Positions 1-6,856 of a DNA stretch of 12,642 nucleotides are shown here, in pieces. The position numbers were made by a program, and so were the translations under genes. How positions within the stretch are numbered: position 1 is the stretch's first letter; the number at the start of each line of letters is the position of its first letter. The notes beneath the pieces were generated by a model. It did not search any database. It had not been told where the DNA came from and saw nothing but the letters and a program-made list of their open reading frames with translations. Source of the DNA: an uncultured bacterium (GTDB lineage Bacteria > Methylomirabilota > Methylomirabilia > Rokubacteriales > CSP1-6); NCBI GenBank assembly GCA_964419375.1, contig CAYQQT010000049.1:1-12642 (forward strand). The letters run 5' to 3'.

Positions 1-484
1 GGCGGAGGCGGTCGCGCGCACGCGCGCGTCGATCGCGGAGGCCGACATGCTGGTGGTGGAGGCCGAAGCCGAGCGCCAGCTCGCCGCGTTGCCGCCCGCG
101 CCGCGCGGCGAGACGCAGGTGACGCCGACGCTCGTCCGTCACGCCGGCGACCGCGAGTGGTCGCTGGTGATGGCTCCCACGATCAGCCGCCTCTTCTCCG
201 ACCGCTTCGGCCGGCCCCTGCCCGTGAGCGCCTTCGGCCAGACGCCGCTGCATGACCGCCTCGGCTTCGATCATCGCCACGCCATCGACGTCGCCGTCCA
301 TCCCGACAGCCCCGAAGGGCAGGCGCTCATGGGATGGCTTCGCGAGCGCGGCGTGTCCTACCTCGCCTTCCGCGGCCCCGTCCCCGGCGCCGCCACCAGC
401 GCCCACGTCCACATCGGCGACCCGTCGCCGAGATTGATCTCCATGGGGGCCTCGAAGGGCCCCCAATCCCCCGACGCCCGATAG
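1..484 (+). CDS. 5'-partial hypothetical protein, possibly the C-terminal part of an LAS/M15A-like (DUF882/YcbK-like) zinc peptidase
   Basis: The reading frame is open from the window edge (codons in phase with position 2), with high third-position GC, and ends at TAG 482-484. It carries an HxxxD-like segment (HRHAIDVAV) and a later HxH segment (SAHVHIGD), which resemble the zinc-ligand motifs of LAS-type or M15A peptidases. The family assignment rests on short motifs only. Confidence 0.45.
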   Translation, partial: AEAVARTRASIAEADMLVVEAEAERQLAALPPAPRGETQVTPTLVRHAGDREWSLVMAPTISRLFSDRFGRPLPVSAFGQTPLHDRLGFDHRHAIDVAVHPDSPEGQALMGWLRERGVSYLAFRGPVPGAATSAHVHIGDPSPRLISMGASKGPQSPDAR

Positions 485-574
485 CGCTAATCAATCGAGG
501 AGCGCCACGGCTTTGCCGGGGCGCTGCCGAGCGTCCGGGGGGCTTGGGGGGCCCGTCCGCGGCCCCCCATGCAC

Positions 575-580
575 TAGAAT
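575..580 (+). promoter_or_regulatory. -10-like hexamer TAGAAT, 6 nt upstream of the M20 peptidase ATG (possible leaderless start)
   Basis: TAGAAT lies at 575-580 and the ATG at 587, with no Shine-Dalgarno sequence between them. There is no convincing -35 at 17 bp spacing; TTGGGG at 544-549 is too far away. Confidence 0.3.
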
Positions 581-586
581 GGCGCC

Positions 587-1912
587 ATGATTGACTGGAC
601 CGCGCTCGGGGAAGAGACCGTCGATCTCCTTCGCCGCTATCTGAGGATCGACACGACGAACCCGCCCGGCAACGAGGTGGACGGCGCGCGCTTTCTCGCC
701 GAGGTCCTCGCCCGCGACGGGATCAAGAGCGAGACGGTGGAGTCGGCGCCCGGCCGCGCGAACCTCGTGGCGCGGCTGGGCGGCGACGGCGCGCTGGGAG
801 GGATCGTCCTCCACCATCACATCGACGTCGTGTACGCGGACCGCCGGTACTGGAGCGTCGATCCCTTCGGCGGCGTCATCGAGAACGGCTTTCTCTACGG
901 GCGCGGCGCCCTCGACATGAAGTCCACCGGCATCCTCCAGCTGGCGGCGCTGCTCGCCATCAAGCGGGCGCGGGTGCCGCTCAAGCGCGACCTCATCTTC
1001 CTCGGCACGGCGGATGAGGAGGCGGGCAGCCAGTTCGGCGCGCAGTTCGTGGCCGACCATCACCGCCACTGGCTCGCGGGCGCCGAGTACGCGCTCTCCG
1101 AGCTGGGCGGCATCGACGTCGAGCACGGCTATCGCGCGCCGCTGGCGTCCATCGTCATCTCCGAGAAGACCGGGCTGCCCCTGCGCTTCACCGCGCGCAG
1201 TAGCCCGGGGCACGGCTCCATGCCGTGGCCCGACACCGCGCCCCATCGCCTCATCCGCGCCCTCGGACGGCTGCTCGCCGCGGAGCGCCCTCCGCGGGTG
1301 CTGCCCGAGATCCAGGAGTTCTTCGCGCGCCTCGGCAGCGTGCTACCCGGGGACGAGGGCGCCGGCTTCGACGACCTCGCGGGCTCGCTGCGCGACGCCG
1401 CCTTCCGCGCGCGCTTCTTCGCGAACCGCCTGTACGCCGCGAAGGTGCGCACCACCTTCGCCGCCAACATGCTGAAGGGCAGCGAGAAGCTCAACGTCAT
1501 CCCGCCCGAAGCGAGCGCCGAGGTGGATTGCCGCATGCTGGCGGGCGAGGACCCGGACGAGATCCTCGCCTGGGTGCGCCGCGTGGTGAGCGACGAGCAC
1601 GTGACGGTGGAGTTCATCCGCCCGCCGAAGATCGCCAACCTCTCGGCGCCGGACACGGAGATGTACAAGGTCATCGCCGACACGCTGCGCGCGCGCGTAC
1701 CGGGGGCGGTGGTGGCGCCCGACATCCTCACCGGATTCACCGACAACTGGGTGTTCCGCCGCTGCGGGCTCTCCGGCTACGGCTGGAGCCCATTCGTCCT
1801 CGACGCGGGCGAGTGGACCCGGGTGCACGGCAACGACGAGCGCGTCTCCCTCGAGAATCTACGGGCGGGCGTGCGCGCCTACACCGAGACGCTACTCGCC
1901 ATCGCCGCCTGA
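587..1912 (+). CDS. M20 family metallopeptidase (ArgE/DapE/CPG2-type amidohydrolase or dipeptidase)
   Basis: A 441-aa ORF has uniformly high third-position GC. Family motifs are present: IDTTNPPGNE near the N-terminus, HHHIDVV (metal-binding His/Asp), GALDMKS (the GxxDxK motif), and the acidic cluster ADEEAGS. The stop codon is TGA at 1910-1912. Confidence 0.9.
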   Translation: MIDWTALGEETVDLLRRYLRIDTTNPPGNEVDGARFLAEVLARDGIKSETVESAPGRANLVARLGGDGALGGIVLHHHIDVVYADRRYWSVDPFGGVIENGFLYGRGALDMKSTGILQLAALLAIKRARVPLKRDLIFLGTADEEAGSQFGAQFVADHHRHWLAGAEYALSELGGIDVEHGYRAPLASIVISEKTGLPLRFTARSSPGHGSMPWPDTAPHRLIRALGRLLAAERPPRVLPEIQEFFARLGSVLPGDEGAGFDDLAGSLRDAAFRARFFANRLYAAKVRTTFAANMLKGSEKLNVIPPEASAEVDCRMLAGEDPDEILAWVRRVVSDEHVTVEFIRPPKIANLSAPDTEMYKVIADTLRARVPGAVVAPDILTGFTDNWVFRRCGLSGYGWSPFVLDAGEWTRVHGNDERVSLENLRAGVRAYTETLLAIAA

Positions 1913-1917
1913 GCACA

Positions 1918-2430
1918 ATGGCCACCACCGCCCTCACCGTGCGGCGCGGCACGGCGCGCGACGTGCCCACCATCGTGGCGCTCATCCGCGGGCTCGCCCG
2001 GTACGAGCGCCTCGCCGCGCAGATGAAGGCCACCGCGCGCGCCATCCGCCGCGACGGCTTCGGCCGGCGCCGGTACTTCGAGACGCTCATCTGCCGGCGC
2101 CGCGGCGAGCCCATCGGCTTCGCGCTCTACTTCTTCACGTACTCGACGTTCATGGGCAAGCCCACGCTCTACCTCGAAGACCTCTTCGTCGTGCCCGCCG
2201 CGCGCGGCGAGGGGGCGGGGCGCGCGCTTCTGGCCGCCCTCGCGCGCCTCGCCGTACGGCGTGGCTGCGGGCGCATGGAGTGGGCCGTGCTCGACTGGAA
2301 CCGCCCCGCCATCCGCTTCTACGAGCGGCTGGGCGCGCGGCTTCGCAAGGAATGGATCCTCACGCGGGTGACGGGCGCCGCGCTGCGGCGCCTCGCCCGC
2401 GGCGGCAGCCTCAGCGATCGAGGCCGTTGA
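1918..2430 (+). CDS. GNAT family N-acetyltransferase (spermidine/spermine-N1-acetyltransferase-like)
   Basis: The ATG at 1918 lies 5 nt after the M20 stop codon, so the two genes are probably translationally coupled. The 170-aa product has SSAT-like features: ARYERL, the acetyl-CoA-binding segment VVPAARGEGAGRALLAALARLA, and RFYERLGA. The ORF-track entry 1225..2430 is real only from position 1918 onward. Confidence 0.85.
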   Translation: MATTALTVRRGTARDVPTIVALIRGLARYERLAAQMKATARAIRRDGFGRRRYFETLICRRRGEPIGFALYFFTYSTFMGKPTLYLEDLFVVPAARGEGAGRALLAALARLAVRRGCGRMEWAVLDWNRPAIRFYERLGARLRKEWILTRVTGAALRRLARGGSLSDRGR

Positions 2431-3523
2431 GGCGCGCGCCCGCGCACTCCCACAGCAGCGGGATGGCGACGGCGACGCTGAGGCCGCGCGCGTGCGCGCG
2501 CGACTGGCCGCCCGGGGTCTCCGCGAAGTCGATCACCCGCCGAGCGGAGGGGCAGAGGTCGATGGCCGGGTCCTGGCCGAGGGCTTCCCACATTTCCTTG
2601 CTGTCCAGCGTGCGCGCCCTCCACGCGGCGGCGGCGAGCACGTGCAGCTCCATCGTGTCGCGCACGCCCGCCTTCAGCTCCGGCGCGGCCGCCACGCCCA
2701 GGTACCGGTTGACGTCGGCCTTGGCGAACGCCACGCGGCTCGAGTACACGGGGTACGGCACCGTGGGCGTGCTCACCGCCTGGATGTCCTTCAGCGCGCG
2801 GAGCGCGTCGGCGAACGCCGCGCGCTCGACCTCCGACGCGGGGGGCGGCGCCACCGCCGTGGGCGCGGCCGTCCGGGACTCCAGCCGCGCGTCCTCGTCG
2901 AGCGCCTGCAATCCAAGCCACAACACCACGCCGCCGATCACGAGCACGACCACGACCGCGCCGAACCAGAAGCGCGACGTGGTGGGGCGCGGGGCGGCGC
3001 GCGCCGCGGTCTGCGAGTCCATCGCGCGCTTCATGGCGGCGTCGAGATTCAGGCGCGGCGGGACGGGACGCTCTCGCGGGCGGGCCGGCGCCGCCGCCGG
3101 CTTCGCGGCAGGCGGCTCTGCTTCGATCGCCAGGCGGAGCGCCTCGTCGAGGTCCGGGCTGGGCGATCGCGAGGCGGCGGGCGCCGGGCGGGCCTTCGAA
3201 TCGGCCGCCTCCTCCGCCTCCAACGCCTGCCTCAGCGCTTCCTGCAGGTCGCCGCTCGGCGCGGGCGCCTTCGGCTTTTCAGGCGCCCTCGCCGCCGCAG
3301 GCCCCTTCGGCAGCGCGGGCGACGCGTCAGCGCACGGCGGCGCGCTCAGCGGCAGAGGGAGCTTGGCTTCCTCGGGCGTGATCCACCGGTCCATGGCGGC
3401 GCCGCACGCGCACGTCAGCGTGAGCAGGTAGCCGCCGCCCGTCTGCGTGGTGGCATTCGGCGTGATGCCGCCGCACGCCGCGTGGGAGCGCGCGAAGCGC
3501 TCGATATCGCCGAAGTCGCTCAC
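2411..3523 (-). CDS. Hypothetical single-pass membrane protein with Cys/His-containing N-terminus, tandem Ala/Glu/Pro-rich repeat, one TM helix and a ~160-aa C-terminal (probably periplasmic) domain
   Basis: Third-position GC is high from the GTG at 3523 down to the stop codon at 2411-2413. The GTG overlaps the TGA of the upstream gene (GTGA, 3520-3523). An alternative ATG start lies at 3394 (MDRW). The TM helix is FWFGAVVVVLVIGGVVLWLGL, at about 2900-2971. The stretch between 3523 and the ORF-track start at 4018 is Arg-rich shadow frame and is not part of the gene. Confidence 0.6.
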   Translation of the reverse strand: MSDFGDIERFARSHAACGGITPNATTQTGGGYLLTLTCACGAAMDRWITPEEAKLPLPLSAPPCADASPALPKGPAAARAPEKPKAPAPSGDLQEALRQALEAEEAADSKARPAPAASRSPSPDLDEALRLAIEAEPPAAKPAAAPARPRERPVPPRLNLDAAMKRAMDSQTAARAAPRPTTSRFWFGAVVVVLVIGGVVLWLGLQALDEDARLESRTAAPTAVAPPPASEVERAAFADALRALKDIQAVSTPTVPYPVYSSRVAFAKADVNRYLGVAAAPELKAGVRDTMELHVLAAAAWRARTLDSKEMWEALGQDPAIDLCPSARRVIDFAETPGGQSRAHARGLSVAVAIPLLWECAGARLNGLDR

Positions 3524-4233
3524 GGAAGGGGCCCGTCGACCCCGGTCACCTTCCAGGCCGCGCCGTCGGCCGCGACGTGCACGAGCAGGATCTTCGAGAG
3601 TGGCGCGAACGTGCCCTCGCGCACGGTCACGCGGAACTCGTGCCACGTGGGCGACGCCCGCACGGGTGCCACGCGCTCCCAGCAGCCGGAATCGACGAGG
3701 CGGAAGTCTTCCAGGCGCAAAATGCGCACCTGCTCCCTCCACGCAGGCGATGCCTCGCCGCCGCTCCATACCGCGTCGCCCGCCTCGCCCTTGCGCCACG
3801 CTTCCACGACGGCGAGGGCGGTGCTCAGCCCCAGCTCCTGGCCCGCGCGCGGCGGGCACGCCGTGCGCCCGAGCACGACGTTCGTAGTGGGCAGGACCAG
3901 GAGCAGCAGACCGGCGATGGCGAAGGCGAGGCCGCTCACCGCCCGCACGACGGACCGGCGCGAGGTGACGGCCACGCCCAGCACGAGGGCGACGACGAGG
4001 ACACCGACGGCGAGCCACTGCAGTGGCGCCACCATCCCTCGGTGCCCCGCGTCATCGAGCAGGCGCAGGAGGACGACCACGAACGGTGACAGGAAGACGC
4101 ACATCCACACCACGATCCACGGGTGCGCAGCCCACCACGCGAAGGGCGCCGCGTACGGCGACACCTTCTTCTTGGGACGCGGGCGCGGGCGGGGCGGGGG
4201 CGGAGGCGGCGGCGGCCGTCGGATGATGGACAC
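3520..4233 (-). CDS. Hypothetical polytopic membrane protein (N-terminal poly-Pro/Lys tract, three predicted TM helices, ~115-aa C-terminal soluble domain)
   Basis: In this frame third-position GC is high only from about 4233 downward. The GTG at 4233 lies 8 nt after a weak AGGG Shine-Dalgarno-like sequence and 10 nt after the SPFH gene's stop codon. An alternative ATG start lies at about 4104 (WMCVF). The three hydrophobic segments are WIVVWMCVFLSPFVVVLLRLL, LQWLAVGVLVVALVLGVAV and VSGLAFAIAGLLLLVLP. The stop codon is TGA at 3520-3522. I found no recognisable family. Confidence 0.55.
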   Translation of the reverse strand: MSIIRRPPPPPPPPRPRPRPKKKVSPYAAPFAWWAAHPWIVVWMCVFLSPFVVVLLRLLDDAGHRGMVAPLQWLAVGVLVVALVLGVAVTSRRSVVRAVSGLAFAIAGLLLLVLPTTNVVLGRTACPPRAGQELGLSTALAVVEAWRKGEAGDAVWSGGEASPAWREQVRILRLEDFRLVDSGCWERVAPVRASPTWHEFRVTVREGTFAPLSKILLVHVAADGAAWKVTGVDGPLP

Positions 4234-4243
4234 TAAGGGAACC

Positions 4244-5321
4244 CTATGGCCGCACGATCGAAGCGTCAAGGGGGCGACCAAGGTTGGCCGCGGCATGGGC
4301 GCCCGCGCGGCTGCCCCAGTGGTACGCCTCCTCGAAGAGCGAGAACCCGGAGAGATCGGAATGGGCGAGGTGCACGGGACCGCGCAGCGCGTCCACGGCC
4401 GCCCGTCGCGCGGCCCCGCACACGAAGCCGACCTCGGGCCGGACCATCGCGTGGCCGTAGGGCGCCACGTCGATACGGCTGGCCCATCGCCTGCCCCATC
4501 GCCACGCCCGCGCCGAGACCGACGCCGGCGCCCGCGGCGCCGTCTTCGTTGGCGGCCGCGATCGGGATCGACTGCGCGGTCTGGTACTGGGAGTAGCGCG
4601 TCATGTCGCCCACGATGCCCATGCCGATGCGCTCGTCGAGGCGCTTCCGCAGCTCCTCGGGCAGCGAGACGTTCTGCACCTGGAAGGCCTCGAGTGACAA
4701 TCCGAGATCGCCGAAGCCGGCGCGCACCTTGTCGGCAACGGCCGCGCCGAGCTCCACCTGGTTGGCGGCCATGTCGAGGAAGGGCACGCCGCTCTCGCCG
4801 AAGTGGTCGGTGAGGACGGCCACCACGGAGTTGCGCAGCTGGCCCTCGAGATCGCCGATGGTGTAGGTGTCGCGCGTGCCCGACACCTTGGTGAAGAAGA
4901 CCTGGGGGGAGGTGATCTCGAAGGAGTAGATGCCGAAGGCGCGCATGCGGACGGCGCCGAACTCCTTGTCGCGGATGGTGATGGGATTGGACGTCCCCCA
5001 CTTCTGGTTGATGCGCAGCCGCGTGAAGAAGAAGTAGACGTCGCTCTTGAAGGGCGACTCGAAGAGCTTGTCCCAGTGCGCGAGGTCGGTGAGCAGCGGG
5101 ATGTTCTGCGTCTTGATCGTGTGCTGTCCGGGCCCGAAGAGGTCCGCCGCCTTGCCCTGGTGCGCGAAGAGCGCGGCCTGCGTGTCGCGCACGATGAGCT
5201 GGGCGCCCTGCTGGATCTCGGCATCGCGCATGGGGAAGCGCCAGGCGAGAACCTCGTCGCTGTCCTCGGTCCACTGGATGATGTCGATGAACTGCTTCTT
5301 GAGGAAGTCGAGGAATCCCAT
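4244..5321 (-). pseudogene. SPFH/band-7 (flotillin-like, YdjI-type) protein gene with a +1 frameshift near 4470-4485 (either a disrupted gene or a sequence error)
   Basis: The ATG at 5321 is preceded by GGGGAGG with a 5-nt spacer. The N-terminus MGFLDFLKKQFIDIIQWTE is typical of the YdjI-like SPFH family. The domain frame has high third-position GC down to the Gly-rich linker AGVGLGAGVAMGQAMGQ, after which third-position GC collapses and the translation turns Arg-rich. Coding signal resumes one nucleotide out of phase (RIDVAPYGHAMV...IVRP) and ends at TAG 4244-4246. Confidence 0.7.
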
Positions 5322-5360
5322 GCGCACCTCCCCTCACAGACTCGACATCAGATGCTCGCG

Positions 5361-5390
5361 GGTCTAGGTGCCCGCGCGGGGAAGTGTCAA
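5361..5390 (-). promoter_or_regulatory. Candidate sigma70-type promoter for the SPFH operon
   Basis: On the minus strand there is a -35 TTGACA (5390..5385), an 18-nt spacer, and a -10-like TAGACC (5366..5361). The predicted 5' UTR of about 30 nt contains the GGAGG Shine-Dalgarno sequence. Confidence 0.35.
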
Positions 5391-5413
5391 GAAAAGGTCG
5401 GGCCGGCGCGTGT

Positions 5414-5442
5414 TTGACCGCGCGGGAGCGTTCGTGTAGATT
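5414..5442 (+). promoter_or_regulatory. Candidate sigma70-type promoter TTGACC-17-TAGATT for the histone-like gene, placing the TSS at or next to the ATG (leaderless)
   Basis: TTGACC lies at 5414-5419, followed by a 17-nt spacer, TAGATT at 5437-5442, and the ATG at 5450 (7 nt after the -10). There is no Shine-Dalgarno sequence. Confidence 0.45.
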
Positions 5443-5449
5443 CCGCGGC

Positions 5450-5680
5450 ATGAAGAAACGTGCTCCCGCGAAGAAGCAGGCTGCCGCGCGCAAGCCGGCG
5501 GCGATGAAGAAGGCCCCCTCGAAGCCCACGGCGGCGAAGTCGGCCGCGAAGAAGCCCGCCCCCCGCGCCGCCGCCGCGCCGAGCAGCAGGCGCCCGCAGG
5601 CGCCCGCGCAGAGGGCCGGGTACACCCCCCCCCCGCTGAAGACCGACGGCTTCCCGGCGTTCCGCTACCCGCCGCAATAG
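5450..5680 (+). CDS. Small highly basic Lys/Ala/Pro-rich protein (histone H1-like / nucleoid-associated type)
   Basis: The 76-aa product begins MKKRAPAKKQAAARKPAAMKKAPSKPTAAKSAAKKPAP and ends in a non-basic Pro-rich tail. Third-position GC is high from the ATG at 5450, whereas the upstream in-frame ATG at 5384 sits in sequence with low third-position GC. The stop codon is TAG at 5678-5680. Confidence 0.6.
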   Translation: MKKRAPAKKQAAARKPAAMKKAPSKPTAAKSAAKKPAPRAAAAPSSRRPQAPAQRAGYTPPPLKTDGFPAFRYPPQ

Positions 5681-5705
5681 CGCCGGGCACCCGGGGGCGG
5701 CATCG

Positions 5706-6110
5706 ATGTCCGGGCTGATCGGGCTGGCGCCCGCCGTGGCGCTCGCCTGCACGGCCCTCCCAGCGGCGGCCGCCGCCACTGCCGCGCTCACCGCCGTGAC
5801 CTTCAACCTCCTGCATGGCGGCGCCACCTCCGGTCTCACCGGCGAGGACCAGGAGCTCGAGTTGCGCCCCGACGACACCGGGGCCACGGTGTGGCAGCGC
5901 GTGGAGGCGCCCGCGCCCACCGCCTCCCGGCGCGTCGACTTCATGTTCCTCGTGCCCGGCACGCAGTACACGGCCGAGGTGCGCAGCAGCCGCGTCGTCA
6001 TCAACGCGCCCCGGCACTTGTCCGACGGCCGCACCCTCTGGCCGTCCGATCACTACGGCGTGCTCGGCGAGATGGTGATCGTCCCCCGCTCGCAGAGCGC
6101 GCGGCCGTGA
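5706..6110 (+). CDS. Small secreted protein carrying only the N- and C-terminal motifs of the endonuclease/exonuclease/phosphatase (EEP) fold
   Basis: The ORF is 134 aa with an N-terminal signal-like hydrophobic region (LIGLAPAVALACTALPAAAAA). An EEP-type first motif (VTFNLLHGG) and last motif (WPSDHYGVLGEMVI) are both present, but only about 70 aa separate them. Third-position GC is high throughout. Confidence 0.5.
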   Translation: MSGLIGLAPAVALACTALPAAAAATAALTAVTFNLLHGGATSGLTGEDQELELRPDDTGATVWQRVEAPAPTASRRVDFMFLVPGTQYTAEVRSSRVVINAPRHLSDGRTLWPSDHYGVLGEMVIVPRSQSARP

Positions 6111-6856
6111 CGCGCAGGTCGCTGACGATCATCCTCGCGCTGCTCTCCTTCGTCGGCTGCGCGGCCTTCGAGCGCACCACCGTGAACTGGTGGCAGGCGA
6201 GCCGCGAGCCGTCGGGGCAGGCGCCAAATCCGGCAATCACCCGGGAGGCGGTGGTCCAGGTCTACGCCGCGCGCACGGTGGGCTGGCGCGGAGTGTTCGG
6301 CGTCCACACGTGGGTGGCGGTCAAGCGCGAGGGGGCGGCGGCGTACCGGCGCTACGAAGTCATCGGCTGGGGCGTCGAGCGCGGCGCGCCCGCGGTGCGC
6401 GTCGATCGCACCGGTCCCGACAACGACTGGTTCGGGGCCAGGCCGGAGCTGCTCGTCGACGTGCGTGGCGCTGATGTCGACGCGCTCATCACGAGAATCG
6501 AGGCGGCGGTGGCCGCCTATCCGTATCCCTCGACCTACCGGACGTGGCCGGGACCGAACAGCAACACCTTCGTCGCCCACGTGGGCCGCGCGGTCCCCGA
6601 GCTGCGCCTGGTGCTGCCGCCCACGGCGATCGGCAAGGACTTCCTGCCCGGCGGCGCGTTGATAGCGCCGAGTCCGGCGGGACGCGGACTACAGCTTTCA
6701 TTCCTCGGGGTTGCCGGTATTCTCGCGGGCTGGGAGGAGGGGCTGGAGATCAACGTGCTCGGGCTCACCTTCGGCATCGACGTGAAAGCCCCCGCGCTCA
6801 AGCTGCCAGTGGCCGGACGGGTGGGCGTTACGCCGGCTTTACACGGAGGACGTTGA
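6107..6856 (+). CDS. Hypothetical lipoprotein
   Basis: The GTG at 6107 overlaps the upstream TGA (GTGA). The lipoprotein signal LTIILALLSFVGC contains a lipobox (FVGC). About 225 aa of mature protein follow (WVAVKREG, PGPNSNTFVAHVGR), for which I cannot name a family with confidence. The stop codon is TGA at 6854-6856. Confidence 0.6.
   Translation: MTRRSLTIILALLSFVGCAAFERTTVNWWQASREPSGQAPNPAITREAVVQVYAARTVGWRGVFGVHTWVAVKREGAAAYRRYEVIGWGVERGAPAVRVDRTGPDNDWFGARPELLVDVRGADVDALITRIEAAVAAYPYPSTYRTWPGPNSNTFVAHVGRAVPELRLVLPPTAIGKDFLPGGALIAPSPAGRGLQLSFLGVAGILAGWEEGLEINVLGLTFGIDVKAPALKLPVAGRVGVTPALHGGR

Noticed and set aside
536-570. G6...G6...C6 runs in the 485-586 intergenic region as a G-quadruplex or regulatory element
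   Set aside because: There are only two G-tracts on one strand, which is not enough for a G4. It is probably just GC-rich spacer.
491-1246. 251-aa minus-strand ORF
   Set aside because: It is antisense to the M20 peptidase gene and has no motifs. The M20 assignment on the + strand is strong.
1225-1917. N-terminal 230 codons of the 401-aa ORF 1225..2430
   Set aside because: They overlap the M20 gene out of frame and are Arg-rich. The GNAT domain starts at ATG 1918.
3524-4018. ATG 4018 as start of the 535-aa minus-strand ORF
   Set aside because: The 3524-4018 stretch overlaps the polytopic membrane gene in another frame and translates to Arg-rich junk. The GTG at 3523 overlapping the upstream stop codon (or the ATG at 3394) is the credible start.
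2492-4813. 773-aa + strand ORF
   Set aside because: It is an Arg/Gly/Pro-rich low-complexity translation that spans three minus-strand genes with real coding signal. Its third-position GC is not coding-like.
5384-5449. Upstream ATG (5384) as start of the histone-like gene
   Set aside because: Third-position GC is low between 5384 and 5449, and the -35/-10 promoter elements lie inside this stretch. The ATG at 5450 fits the promoter.
3520-5625. 701-aa minus-strand ORF taken as one gene
   Set aside because: It is a composite. Only its last 237 codons (from GTG 4233) have coding-type third-position GC. The upstream part is the reverse complement of the histone-like gene or runs out of frame across the SPFH gene.
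5681-5705. Short GC hairpin (CCGGG-ca-CCCGG) after the histone-like gene as a terminator
   Set aside because: The stem is only 4-5 bp with a 2-4-nt loop and no U-tract. This is too weak to call, and the next gene starts 26 nt later.
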